64,000 bases of DNA from an uncultured delta proteobacterium (lineage in GTDB: Bacteria > Desulfobacterota > Binatia > UBA9968), in contig CAWJZV010000024.1 in NCBI GenBank assembly GCA_963847445.1, positions 32,001 through 96,000 on the forward strand, in the 5' to 3' direction. Under the pieces are notes generated by a model. The model did not search any database, was not told where the DNA came from, and saw nothing but the letters and a program-made list of their open reading frames with translations. This document shows, piece by piece, positions 1 to 10,167 of this stretch; position 1 is the stretch's first letter; each line of letters begins with the position of its first letter. Made by a program: the position numbers and the translations under genes.

Positions 1-133
1 CCGGGAATGAGAATCTTGCAACTCAATAAATACCTCCCGTCGACAACAGCGAAACGGAACTAAAACTACTCAGTGCGAGACCGGCATTCACAAAACCGAA
101 AATGTTTTCACCTTACGCTTCACCCTTCACTCC

Positions 134-1125
134 TCAACGAATCACCTTATCCGCCCGCACCAGCACGTTGGGCGGAATCGTCAGGCCGATCTGCTTCGCC
201 GCTTTCAGATTGATAATGAACTCGAACTTGATCGGTTGCTCGACGGGCAAGGTCGGCGGGCGTCCGACCTTTCAGGATCTTGTCCACATACGTAGCGGCA
301 CGCCGGGCCAAGGTCGTTAGAGTTCACGTCGTAACTCATAAGCCCGCCGGCTTCGACAAACTCGCTGGTCGGGTATGTCGCTGGAAGCCGGTTCTTTACT
401 GCGAGCTCGGTGAACTGTGTTCGCTGAGAATTCAGCACAGGACTCGCGCAGTACGAAGACTGCGTCAGCCCGCCCCTTGCTGGCGGCTCGAAATGCGGTC
501 TCAATATCCTTGGGTCCTAGTACGTCTAGGTATTGAAGCTTAACCCCGAACGCCGCCTGCGGCGAGCTCAGTCTCTTTTAGCGATTGTGTGTTGCCTGGA
601 TTGGTTGAAGTCCCGAAGACTGCCACGCGGGAGAGCTTGGGAAGTATTTCTTTAAGCAGCTCCAGCCGTCTTTCCAGATTAGTCCGGAGCGAGGGAGGAT
701 AACCCGGTGATATTTCCGCCCAGGTCGCGCAAGGCTGGCTACGAAACCATTGCCAATAGGATCGGTATCTTGCGCCATGACAATCGGAATCGTCGACAGT
801 TGCTTCCTTGGCGGCACGGGTTGTTGTCGGACCATGCGAGACGATGATGTCGACCTTGAGACGCACCAGTCTCGGCCACGAGCGCAGGCAGCCGATCAAA
901 TTTTCCCTCTGCAGATCGCTGTTCAATGACAATGTTTTTCCCCTCTACGTAACCAAGCTCGCGCAGACCTTGACGGAATGCCTCGATGACGGGCTGCGAC
1001 CGCGGAAAGCGGTGAGCAGTTAAATATCCTATCCGAGGGATTTTCGTTGGCTGCTGCGCCTCGGCGGGGAGGCTAAGCGCGAAGAGCATAGCGCCAAGCG
1101 TAAAGACAAAGATTTTTTTACTCAT
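134..1125 (-). CDS. ABC transporter substrate-binding protein (ABC_sub_bind-type), multiply frameshifted
   Basis: Pieces in different frames: MSKKIFVF...[13 protein letters not shown]...[16 protein letters not shown]; [21 protein letters not shown]; [18 protein letters not shown]; [19 protein letters not shown]; C-terminus [31 protein letters not shown] (stop 134-136). Paralog of 45011-45997. Confidence 0.8.
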
Positions 1126-1178
1126 AGAGTTTGCCGGCTCTGTAAAATTCAGAATTGAAAAAGCATTTCGTCGTGTCC

Positions 1179-1335
1179 GTCATACCGTTGAAAGCTTGCC
1201 CCGGACGCGATCCGGGGACGGTATCCAGGTGGATGATGGGTCTGGATTCCCGTTGTCACGGGAATGAGTGCGATTCGATGTAGGGGCGGGTCGCGACCCG
1301 CCCTCGCCTGGATTACCGCCTGCGCGGAAATGACG
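1179..1335. repeat. REP-like palindrome cluster (GTCAT...ATGAC / TGGATTCCCG family)
   Basis: gtcataccgttgaaa...cggtatccagg...ctggattcccgttgtcacgggaatga and ctggattaccgcctgcgcggaaatgac. Related copies at 7233-7313, 21833-21907 and 60994-61040. Confidence 0.7.
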
Positions 1336-1379
1336 GATCAAGCAGAGCCGCTTCTTAATCGAGCTTGTGAGGCAGCACA

Positions 1380-2304
1380 CTAGCGAAAAGTCTCCTTGAT
1401 GTAGCGGTACGCCGCGATGGCCGCAGTGGCTCCGTCGCCGGCGGAGGTGATCGCTTGGCGCGCCGAGTCCTCGCGGATATCGCCGACGGCGTAGAGGCCG
1501 TCGTCGCGCAGTCTTCATCCAGTTGTCCGTTGGGACATGGCCGCTGTCGCTCAGCTTTACGACATCACGCAATAACGCTGTGTTCGGCTGCAAGCCGACG
1601 TAGATGAAAAGACCGGCGAGCTCGACTTGAGAGGTTTCGCCGGATTTAAGGTCGCGGGCGCGCACGCCGGTGACGACTTCGTCGCCGAGAACTTCTTCGA
1701 TGACCGTTTGGTAGCGCGGCGTGATCTTCGCGTTGTCCAACACCCTTTGCAAATAGGTCTGCTGCGCGGCAAACGAATCGCCGTGATGGAAGAGCAATAC
1801 TTTCTCGGCGTAGTTCGTCAGCGTCAACGCTTCCTGCAGCGCCGAGTCGCCGCCACCGACGACGCCGACGGTCTGGCCGTTGTACATCGGGCCGTCGCAG
1901 CTGGCGCAATGGCTGACGCCGCGGCCCATGAGTTTTTCTTCTCCCGGGACGCCGAGATGCTTGAGCGTCGAGCCGGTGGCGACGATCACCGCCTTGGCCT
2001 GATAGCTTTCTTCCTCCGTGACCACCGACCAGAGTTTTTCTGCCGCATCGAGTCGCAAAACTTCGGCGCGCTGAAACTCCGCGCCATGGTCTGACGCCTG
2101 ACGCTGCAAGTTGGGGCAGATTTCATAGCCGGAAACGCCGTCGGGGAAACCGGGAAAGTCTTCGATCTTTTCAATGCTGATCAGATGGCCGCCGGGAATG
2201 TTCGATTCGAAAACCAAAGTCGAGAGTCCTTGGCGCGCCGAAAAAAGTCCGGCGGTGAGGCCGGCGAGGCCGGAGCCGACAATAATTACGTCGTAATCAG
2301 CCAT
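1380..2304 (-). CDS. trxB: Thioredoxin-disulfide reductase-like FAD/NAD(P)H oxidoreductase (frameshift near 1505)
   Basis: DVIIVGSGLAG FAD motif, SHCASCDG redox motif and VVGGGDSA NAD(P)H motif. The true C-terminus (GLYAVGDIR...QAITSAGDGATAAIAAYRYIKETFR*) is in another frame and ends at 1380. Confidence 0.85.
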
Positions 2305-2354
2305 GATTTGTTTCGTAAGGGGTGAAGGGTTAAGGGGTTAGGGGTTTCGATCGC

Positions 2355-2420
2355 CTCACCTCCCTCGCGACGCGGGGGAGGACGAGTGGGGATTGAACGG
2401 AGCGTAACGTTGAACGTTGA
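2355..2420. repeat. Partial GTTCAA/TTGAAC-family palindromic repeat
   Basis: cctccctcgcgacgcgggggagg hairpin followed by ttgaac units; same family as 27521, 34954, 36153 and 37363. Confidence 0.75.
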
Positions 2421-2430
2421 CCGCATGTCG

Positions 2431-4095
2431 TTATCTCCACTCATCCACCGACACCGTCTTTTGATAGTTGCAATCCATGATGCGCCAGTAGCCGTTGGTT
2501 TCGCCGCCGACGACGACGACGTGGATTTCTTCGGGCTTGAACATATGGATCATTTCGTCCGGGGCGGCTTTCAACTTCGACGCGTAGGGTTCTTCGCCGA
2601 AGGTGGCGCGCGGATAGATGTAATTCTGGATCAGCTGATAATCCCAGTATTCCTTCGCCGCCATGAGCGAATTTTCGTAGGCCCATTCGATCAGTTTCTC
2701 CTTAGTATCGAAACCGCCGCGGTCGATGAACTGGCGCGCGGTGATGGGATCGAGCAGGAAGGTCGGCTGGCTGTGGGCGTCGAGACCGCGCAGCATGCTG
2801 CGCACATGCTCGCGCCAATATTGCTCGCGCACGCCGAGGGTAAACGCCGTCGAGCGGCAGCCGGTGAATACGCTGACCGTGCTGTCGGTGGCTTTGAAGC
2901 CATGCTCGACGTGGAACGGCGTCCACGGACTGCGCTCTTCGTTCTCGGCGAAGGTCACGTTGTTGTAGGCGTAGTTGTTGCCCTGGGAGCCCATGTAGGT
3001 GACGCCGGGCACCGAGCTGCCCTGGCCGTTTTGCGAGAGCAGGCCGTAGGCGCGGCCGATGGTGGCGTTGGCGTGGTTGAACGGACCCATGGCGCCGGTG
3101 CCGCTGTTCATTTTGATTTCGTTTCGAATCGGCCCGTTGACCACGACCATGGCGGCCGCCGAGCTCGACGTGCTGCCGCGGGCGGTGACGCCGGTGGACG
3201 CGAGCGCCAGGATCACCGGAAAATATTCCGGCCGGGCGCCGGCCATCACCGCGTTGACCGCGACTTTTTCCACCGTGTATTCCCAGTATTCTCTGAAATG
3301 GGTCGAGCGCATATGGCCGACCACTTCATCGGGCTTGTGGCTGGTGTGGGCGAGCATTGCCGCCACGCGCTTTTCCGTCGGCAGGACGATGGGCAGCTTG
3401 TCGGTCCAATTTTTGTCGAGAAACAGCTGCTGCAAATTCTCTTCGCTATCGGCATCGACCAGGCGCGGCGTCGCGGCATGGGCGAATTTTTCACTGACAA
3501 CGCCGCTGTCGTCGATCGGTTGGGTCAGCCCTTCGATGACTTCCTGCATCACCGGCCGGCCGCTGAGCGGATCCTTGCCGTCGATGTAGGCGCGCAGTTG
3601 CTCGGCGGTCTTGCCCATCACCGGTTGCGGCACGAAGGCGCGCGGCGCCCGCGGCATGCCATGGACGCGGTTCACCGACTCGACGACTTTTTCAAACACA
3701 TGGGTGTGCAGCGCCACGGTGGGCACGCCGTACTTATTATCGAGGGTCATTGCATGCGCGGCGACCGCCGGCGCACAGGTGCTTCAATGACCGACACCGA
3801 CGATGGCGGCGTCGCCGTCCGCTTTGATTATCTCCCAGGTCTTGGGATCGTCCTTGGTGTAGACGTTGTTCATCTCGACGAACTTGGTTTTTACCGTCGG
3901 CATGTTGTCGGTGAACCAATTCTGCAACTGGCGCAGAAACAGTCCCGAGTCGTCGAAGCGCGGATCGACTAAATAGACGGTCTTGCCGTCCAAGCTGTCG
4001 AGCCGCGGCGCCAGCGCTTTGGGCGTGATCTTGGGCGGATAGCCCACCGGATTTAACACCGAAATGTTTTGGGTTGCGTTAGTGCTGTCAGCCAT
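2431..4095 (-). CDS. Selenoprotein with U-x-x-C motif (UGSC-like N-terminal domain fused to a WTDxLPIVxPT domain), 554 aa, Sec at codon 104
   Basis: ORFs 4095-3784 and 3750-2431 are in the same frame, separated only by TGA (3786-3784) plus 11 sense codons: ...AAIVGVGH-U-STCAPAVAAHAMTLDNKYGVPTV. RBS GAGGAGG precedes 4095 and a hairpin follows the UGA. Confidence 0.85.
3753..3777 (-). promoter_or_regulatory. Putative bacterial SECIS element
   Basis: Minus-strand UGUGCG-C-CGGC-[GGUC]-GCCG-CGCAUG hairpin. The apical loop starts 17 nt after the UGA and begins with G. Confidence 0.65.
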
Positions 4096-4182
4096 AGGTA
4101 AATCCTCCTCGCTTATTTACAACCGAAATATCACGGCGGTTGGCCGATTCCTAGCTAAAGATATTGGGCGAAAAACGGAAAA

Positions 4183-4345
4183 ATTCGAAGCTCGAAATCC
4201 GAAACAAATTCAAAACGATGAAAAACAACTACAATGCTCCAAACGGGAAGGATCAGATTCGATGTTTGGATTTTCCAAGTTTGAGATTTATTTGGCTGCG
4301 TTTGTTTCGGTCCGCGGGGCCGCTTTCGATATTCGGATTTCGGAT
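4183..4345. repeat. CGAAAT/ATTTCG-family long imperfect palindrome
   Basis: attcgaagctcgaaatccgaaacaaattcaaa ... tttgtttcgg...tttcgatattcggatttcgga. Copies at 12589-12750 and 20950-21185. Confidence 0.75.
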
Positions 4346-4438
4346 TTTTTCCGTGGCGTCCCTTCGACCTGGCTCAGGATAATCTCCGAGAGGGATCTCA
4401 CCAAACTGAACCACCACCGTTTTTTTGCTTTCGCGCGC

Positions 4439-5509
4439 TTACTCGGCGAGAAGTTTTTTCACTCTCTCGATCACCTCGGCGCTCTGGTCCATGACTTCGC
4501 GCGCGAGCTTTTGCAACTGCTCTCCCGGCGTGTAGTCGATATCCAGGTTGCTCTTCTTCACCTCGGCAAGCAACTCGGGATCCTTGAGCGCTTGCGCATA
4601 AGCGGCGCGCAGGATCTTCACGAGGTCGGCGCGCGTGCCCGGCGGGGCGATCAGCGCGCGGCCAAAATCATTCGCCGTGAGCACCGTTTCGGCGACACTC
4701 CGGCTCACCTGCGGGGTCTTGTATTCGCTCATGATCTCCCAGATCGTCGGCGTCTCGGGCAGCCTCGGGTCGCGGCTGCGCGCGTCCTGCACCAGATGGC
4801 GGTCGTAACCTTTCGCGTGCCATGTGTTAAACGGTTCACGGCCGAAGTGAGATGAGATGTCATGACCGCGGCAGACGACCTCGCCCTTTTCCACGGCAAG
4901 ATCGATTTCTTTGCCGCCGGCGTAACCGACGATGACATTGAATTTCGCGCCGACGGTTTCCTCTAGAATCTTGGGTAAAATGTAGCCAGAGCTGGCAAAG
5001 CCCGAGGCGCCGCATTTCGGCGGCTCTTTCGCCTTGATGACATCGCCGATGGTTTTGAAAGGAGCGTCGGCGCGAAAATAGAGCATCTGCGTCCATTTTT
5101 CTTGGCTGCCGATCCAGTCGAATTTGCGCACGTCGAACTTGACCTCGGTGCGTCCGACCAGTTGGGTTAGATAGAGGCTGCTATTCGGTATGCCGACGGT
5201 GAGGCCGTCCGGTTTGGCGACGCTGTAAACGTAGTTGGCCGCCACCACCGAGCTGGCGCCGGGCATGTTTTGCACGATCATGTTCGGGCGCCCGGCAATG
5301 AATTTCGGCATGCTCCGGGCGAACATGCGCGCCCATTGATCGGACAAACCGCCGGCGGTGAAACCGACGATAATCCGAATCGTCTTGCCTTGGTAGTAGG
5401 GCTCCGTTTGCGCCTGACCTGGAGCCGTTAGGGCTGCGCAGAGCAGAACCGAGATCAAAGCCAGCGCATATTTCGACGCGCGTGACAGGAATGGAAATTT
5501 TTCAAACAT
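4439..5509 (-). CDS. Tripartite tricarboxylate transporter substrate-binding protein (TctC/Bug family)
   Basis: Signal peptide, then YYQGKTIRIIVGFTAGG, VQNMPGAS, AKPDGLT, GYAGGKEIDLAVEKGEV. The start is likely MFEKF at 5509; the upstream ORF extension is repeat DNA. Confidence 0.9.
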   Translation of the reverse strand: MFEKFPFLSRASKYALALISVLLCAALTAPGQAQTEPYYQGKTIRIIVGFTAGGLSDQWARMFARSMPKFIAGRPNMIVQNMPGASSVVAANYVYSVAKPDGLTVGIPNSSLYLTQLVGRTEVKFDVRKFDWIGSQEKWTQMLYFRADAPFKTIGDVIKAKEPPKCGASGFASSGYILPKILEETVGAKFNVIVGYAGGKEIDLAVEKGEVVCRGHDISSHFGREPFNTWHAKGYDRHLVQDARSRDPRLPETPTIWEIMSEYKTPQVSRSVAETVLTANDFGRALIAPPGTRADLVKILRAAYAQALKDPELLAEVKKSNLDIDYTPGEQLQKLAREVMDQSAEVIERVKKLLAE

Positions 5510-5574
5510 TTTATACCTCAGAAGAGAAGGGAGATTACCACAAAGTCTGTCCTGAGCGTATGCGAAGGAACTGA

Positions 5575-5855
5575 GTCGCGCAAAGGGCGCAACGAAGATT
5601 TCCAAATGGTAGGGGCGGGTTTCAAACCCGCCCTCTGGGAGTTGGGGCATCGACAAATTGCGCGCAAGCCGCGCCAGGGTTCGGATGAGGGCGCGCGCAT
5701 GCTGTGCTTCTGCGTCGTGAAAACAATACTTCACCCTTCGCTGTGAGGAAGGGCATATGCCATACGCCCCTACTAAAGAGATCCGAACTTTGCGCCCTTT
5801 GCGTGCTTCGCGTGAGATATTCCGAAATTTGGTTGCGGCTCTGCCGCGTTAGGCC
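5575..5855. repeat. Composite intergenic repeat cluster
   Basis: gtaggggcgggtttcaaacccgccc REP (also ~22078 and ~51686), gggcatatgccatacgcccctac, ctttgcgccctttgcg units, and ttggttgcggctctgccgcg (also ~22153 and inverted at ~60886). Confidence 0.7.
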
Positions 5856-6035
5856 TCTGTAGTTAAATGCTCTTCCTACCCGAGAGCTCATTTTTGACCG
5901 CGCCGGCGGTCTATATATCTTCAGCGCAATCTGCCATCGATCGTCCTTGACGTTCAAATTCGATCTGCCTTATGGTGCAGATCGCTCGGGTTTCGTCGAC
6001 TGGCTTGGCGTTTTGGAATTCATAACGGAGGCGAT

Positions 6036-7068
6036 ATGAAAAACATCTACGCGTCCTTCATCCTACTTCTCGTTTGGGGCGCCGAAGGCTGCGGCGCAGA
6101 CTCCCTACTTCCAGGGTAAGACCATAAGAATTGTCGTCGGCTATCCCACCGCCAGTGCCCATGACCAATGGGCGCGCTTGATTGCGCCGCAGTTGACCAA
6201 ACATATTCCGGGAAATCCCGCCACCATCGTGCAAAACATGCCCGGCGCCGGCTCGTTGACCGCGACCAATTATGTTTACAGCGTGGCCAAGCCCGATGGC
6301 TTGACTCTCGGCGTCAACAACGCGGCGCTTTACTTCGAACAGCTGCTGAAAAAGAAGGAAGTTCAGTTCGATTGGGCGAAGTTCACCTGGGTCGGCAGCA
6401 CGACGCCGACGAGTCCACTCCTGTACATGTGGGCGAACACACCCTACAAAACCATTCACGATGTGCGCACGGCGTCGGTGGCGCCGAAGTGCGGCGCGAC
6501 CGGCACGGGCAACACCGGCTACTATCTTCCCAAATTGCTCGAAGAGACCATCGGCGCGAAGTTTCAGATCGTTTTGGGTTACGAAGGCGGCGCGAGTATC
6601 GAGTTGGCCGTGGAGCGCGGCGAGGTGCAGTGCCGCGCCTTTACCATTCAGGTGTTTTTTGGCCGCGAGCCGTTTCATACCTGGCGCAGCAAGAACCTGG
6701 TGCGCGTGCTGGTTCAAGGCGGCAAGAAGCGCGATCCGCGCTTGCCCGAAACGCCGCTAATCAGCGAACTGATGGATCAATACAAGGTCTCGGAAGCCAA
6801 TCGCCGTTTGGTGACCGTGATGATGGGATCGGGTGAGTTCGGCGCCGCGCCGATGTTCGCGCCGCCGGGGACTTCGCCGGAACTGACCAAAATATTGCGC
6901 GCGGGTTATGCCAAAGCGCTCACCAGCCCTGAGCTCATTGCCGACGCCAAAAAGCAGGGTCTCGAACCTGAGTTGATTCCCGCCGAAGAGATCGAAGCAC
7001 TTGCCAAGGAAGTGTTGACCCAGCCGGCCGATGTGATCGCGTCGATGAAGAAAGTCATGGGAGAGTGA
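6036..7068 (+). CDS. TctC/Bug family substrate-binding protein (frameshift near 6087)
   Basis: RBS GGAGG, MKNIYASF signal peptide, then QTPYFQGKTIRIVVGY...KHIPGNPATIVQNMPGAG...KPDGLT in the frame of ORF 6178-7068. Confidence 0.88.
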
Positions 7069-7071
7069 AGA

Positions 7072-7151
7072 TTGGAGTGATGGAGTATTGGAGTGTTGGG
7101 TCTCGGAACTCCGAAAACCCATGACTCCATACTCCAGTACTCCATATTCCA
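7072..7151. repeat. GGAGT/ACTCC 8-bp-periodic palindromic repeat
   Basis: ttggagtgatggagtattggagtgttggg...actccatactccagtactccatattcca; second copy at 26681-26788. Confidence 0.8.
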
Positions 7152-7153
7152 GT

Positions 7154-7222
7154 CTTCTTCACCGTCTTCCCGCCCCACAGGCTGTCGAAGAAGCCGCTTT
7201 TCTCCATCTCGTCGAGATAGCG
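7154..7222 (-). pseudogene. Orphan 3' end of an NMT1-like SBP gene
   Basis: Encodes RYLDEMEKSGFFDSLWGGK. 7185-7222 is identical over 38 bp to 7442-7479 in the neighbouring gene. Confidence 0.7.
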
Positions 7223-7416
7223 CTCAGCGTCCGTCATACCGTTGGAAAACGGTATCCAGGGGATGGATGGACCCCGGTTTTCACCGGGGTGACGATGATA
7301 AGGCGGGAATGACGTCGACTTCTAGTCGATGTTCGCCGCCTCGGCCTCGAACAGACGATTATCAAGACCTCTCGCGTTTTGGGTGAGAGTCGTCAAGTTA
7401 CCGGCAACTTGTTGGG

Positions 7417-8409
7417 CTATTTTTTGGAGCTCCAAATATTTTCGAAGAAGCCGCTTTTCTCCATCTCGTCGAGATAGCGGCGGTCGATGAGCTGCTGGGG
7501 TTGAACTTTCTTGGCGCGCGGGTCGTTGATGGCGAGCTCGTCGAGGATCGCTTGCAGCGCTTCTGGCCGCACGTCGAATCTCGGCTCCATGGCTTTGAGT
7601 TCGTTGTTGTACGAGGTTTCGAGGACTTTGCGATCGCTGACGCGCAAGTACTTGGCTAAAATCTTCAATGTCGTTTCCCTCTCAGCGTGAAAAATCTTCG
7701 ACGCCTCGGCCATCGAGCGCATGAACTGGCCGATCACCTGCGGTTTGCGCGCGATCACGGAACGCCGGGAGACGAAAGCCGCGGCGGCGTAGGGAATGCG
7801 CAGGTCGGGGCCGTAGATCAAATAGTGAAACCCTTGGGCGACGGCGTTTTGACCGTAGGTCAGCATCGCCGAGGCGTCCACCGAGCCATTGAGCAGCGCG
7901 ATCAGGTCGGCGGCATCGCCGCCGGTCTGGCGAAAGATCACATCCTTGGCCGGGTCCAAGCCGATACGCTGCAAAACTTGGATGGCGAAATAATGGTTGT
8001 TGCTGCCGAGGCGGTTGACGCCGATGCTTTTGCCTTTGAGATCTTCCGGCCGTTTGATCTCCGGCTTGGCGACGATGCTGTGCGTCAGAATATTCTTTAC
8101 CGCGCCGACGATGACGAAGTCCTGGGCGCCTTGGACATAGGCACTCAGGATGCCGATGCCGCCGATTATTCCGACGTCGGTTTCCCCGCCGATCATGGCT
8201 GCGGCAGCAGTGCTGGCGGAGCGCATGAGCACCAGATCGAAGTCGAGATTATGCTTGCGAAAGATGCCGGCATCGCGGGCGATCCAGGGCAAGGATTGCG
8301 AAATTGCGATGGCCGAGTGAATGCCGATGAGCTTGTCGGCGCCGGCCGCGTTGTGCAATGGCAAGACGATGAGCAGGAAACCAAGAACGGCGATTCTGTG
8401 GACTCGCAT
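7417..8409 (-). CDS. ABC substrate-binding protein, NMT1/THI5/SsuA-like
   Basis: Signal peptide; LPWIARDAGIFRKHNLD, DLKGKSIGV, C-terminal IDRRYLDEMEKSGFF. Confidence 0.88.
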   Translation of the reverse strand: MRVHRIAVLGFLLIVLPLHNAAGADKLIGIHSAIAISQSLPWIARDAGIFRKHNLDFDLVLMRSASTAAAAMIGGETDVGIIGGIGILSAYVQGAQDFVIVGAVKNILTHSIVAKPEIKRPEDLKGKSIGVNRLGSNNHYFAIQVLQRIGLDPAKDVIFRQTGGDAADLIALLNGSVDASAMLTYGQNAVAQGFHYLIYGPDLRIPYAAAAFVSRRSVIARKPQVIGQFMRSMAEASKIFHAERETTLKILAKYLRVSDRKVLETSYNNELKAMEPRFDVRPEALQAILDELAINDPRAKKVQPQQLIDRRYLDEMEKSGFFENIWSSKK

Positions 8410-8579
8410 AGGCCAGGGCTCCCTTCGCTGGTTCCGGATAGCGCACGCTTACGCTTCCGTTGCACTCGCGTCAATTGAATTCTAGCGGTTTACGAGTTCC
8501 CCATTTGAAAAATCTGATCATGGGCGACATATCATTGGCTGGACACAGAGCTGACGAAGTAAATTGCGAGCGATGATCG

Positions 8580-8730
8580 ATTCCCCCTTTGGAAAAGGGG
8601 GATTCAGGGGGATTTGATTGTGGTGTGGGGCGGATTCTTCGCAGCGGATCGGCTAACGTCTTCGACCGTGAAGCCGCATGAAAGAAAAAAATCTCCCCTG
8701 CCCCTCTTTTCCAAAGAGGGGTAACGGAGA
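8580..8730. repeat. CCCCCTTT..AAAGGGGG palindromic repeat
   Basis: ttccccctttggaaaagggggattcagggggattt...aaatctcccctgcccctcttttccaaagaggggtaacgga; related copy at 11290-11460. Confidence 0.75.
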
Positions 8731-8898
8731 ACTCGCCACGACTTGAGCGGTTAACCAAATTTCATTGTGTCTCCCACGCCCGCCGTGTCCAACCGAGGCT
8801 TATGGCTAACGATGAGTTCTTAAAGGAGAGGTAATACTTGGCGCTTGCGCCAGTTCTCGAATATGATGCAGCGACTTTCGCCGGATGAGTGGTGCTAA

Positions 8899-9909
8899 AT
8901 GACGAAACTTCGATCGATTCCGTTCTTGATTTTGCTGTTTTGCTCGCCGTTGGTTGCGCTAGCTGCCGCGGCGGCGCCGGTGCGCGTCAATATCGGCGCT
9001 GCTTCGGTGAGCAGCAGCATGCTCAGTCTGTGGGCGGCGCAGGAGCAGGGGCTGTTCGCCAAGCATGGCATCGACGCGCAGTTGATTTTAATTCGCGGCG
9101 GCTCGACGCTGGTGGCGAGCTTGGTCACCGGCGAGATTCAGCTGGCGTTTACCTCTGGTGTATCGGTGCTCGGTGCGGCGGCCCAGGGTGTCGACGTGAA
9201 AATGCTGACTTCTATTTCGAGCCGGGTGAGTTGGAAGCTCGTCGCCAATCCGCAGATTAAAACCGCCGCCGAGCTGCGCGGCAAGCGCTTCGGCGTGCAA
9301 AGCATCGTCGGCAGCACCTGGATGTACGCGATGCTGGCGCTGGAGCAGTTGGGATTAGAACCGAAGCGCGACAACATTTCCTTTCTGCCGATCGGCGATG
9401 CCGTGACCATCGGTCATTCACTTGAAGCCGGCCGTATCGACGCCGCGGTGCTCGACCCGCCGCTCAGCCGGCGGCTCACCGGCAAAGGCTTTTCCCAGTT
9501 GGTCGATCTCGCCAAGACCAATGCAAGTTTCCCTGGCTTGGGCGTCGGCGTGACGCGGAATTATCTCGATCAGCAGCCGACGACGCTTGAAAAAGTTGTT
9601 ACGGCCTTGACGGAAGGATTGGCGTTCGCTCAGTTGCCGGCCAACAAGCCGGTTGTCCTGAAAATTCTCATGAAGCATCTGCGTGTCACCGACTCGGTCG
9701 TCGCCGAAGATGGCTATCAAGATCATCTGTCGACGCTCAACCGTAAGCCTTATCCCTCGCTCGACGGTCTGCGCAGCGCGCAAAGATTGATGGCCCAGCA
9801 GAATCCGAAGATCGCGACGCTCAAGGTGGAAGATTTGGTTGACGCGCGGTTTGTGCGCAAGTTGGACGAGAGCGGGTTCATCGACCGGCTGTACGGCGGG
9901 CAGCGCTGA
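8899..9909 (+). CDS. ABC substrate-binding protein, NMT1/THI5/SsuA-like
   Basis: LWAAQEQGLFAKHGID, ELRGKRFGV, KPYPSLDGL, VDARFVRKLDESGFIDRLY. Confidence 0.88.
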   Translation: MTKLRSIPFLILLFCSPLVALAAAAAPVRVNIGAASVSSSMLSLWAAQEQGLFAKHGIDAQLILIRGGSTLVASLVTGEIQLAFTSGVSVLGAAAQGVDVKMLTSISSRVSWKLVANPQIKTAAELRGKRFGVQSIVGSTWMYAMLALEQLGLEPKRDNISFLPIGDAVTIGHSLEAGRIDAAVLDPPLSRRLTGKGFSQLVDLAKTNASFPGLGVGVTRNYLDQQPTTLEKVVTALTEGLAFAQLPANKPVVLKILMKHLRVTDSVVAEDGYQDHLSTLNRKPYPSLDGLRSAQRLMAQQNPKIATLKVEDLVDARFVRKLDESGFIDRLYGGQR

Positions 9910-9936
9910 GGGCGTTGTTTGGATTCGGATTTCCTC

Positions 9937-10072
9937 CCGCAAAGGCGCAAAGGTGACGGGCGAGGCCCGTCATCCCGAGCGAATGCGATGGATCTAAGAA
10001 GATTTCTCCCTACGGTCGAAATGACAGAATTCCGAACTTAGCGTCTTTGCGCCTTTGCGAGATAAATTCCGA
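9937..10072. repeat. CGCAAAG/CTTTGCG-family repeat with internal GTCATCCCGAG...GAAATGAC unit
   Basis: cgcaaaggcgcaaag...gtcatcccgag...ggatctaagaagatttctc...cgaaatgac...ctttgcgcctttgcgaga. Copies at 43531-43670, 48760-48900 and 55272-55460. Confidence 0.78.
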
Positions 10073-10167
10073 GTATTCAGTACATGAAACCCAGAAGAGC
10101 TCGGTTTGAATCGGCGGTGGGATTGCGATATTCGCTGAATATACAATCATATTTTCGGAGGTAGATC

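Noticed and set aside
1180-1379. Long C-terminal extension of TrxR in the ORF track
   Set aside because: Artefact of a frameshift near 1505. The conserved C-terminus ends at 1380 and the extension is REP DNA.
2386-3972. 528-aa plus-strand ORF (and similar long antisense ORFs at 15542, 27676, 33375, 49042, 50200 and 57192)
   Set aside because: Shadow ORFs opposite well-supported genes, typical of high-GC codon bias, with no recognisable motifs.
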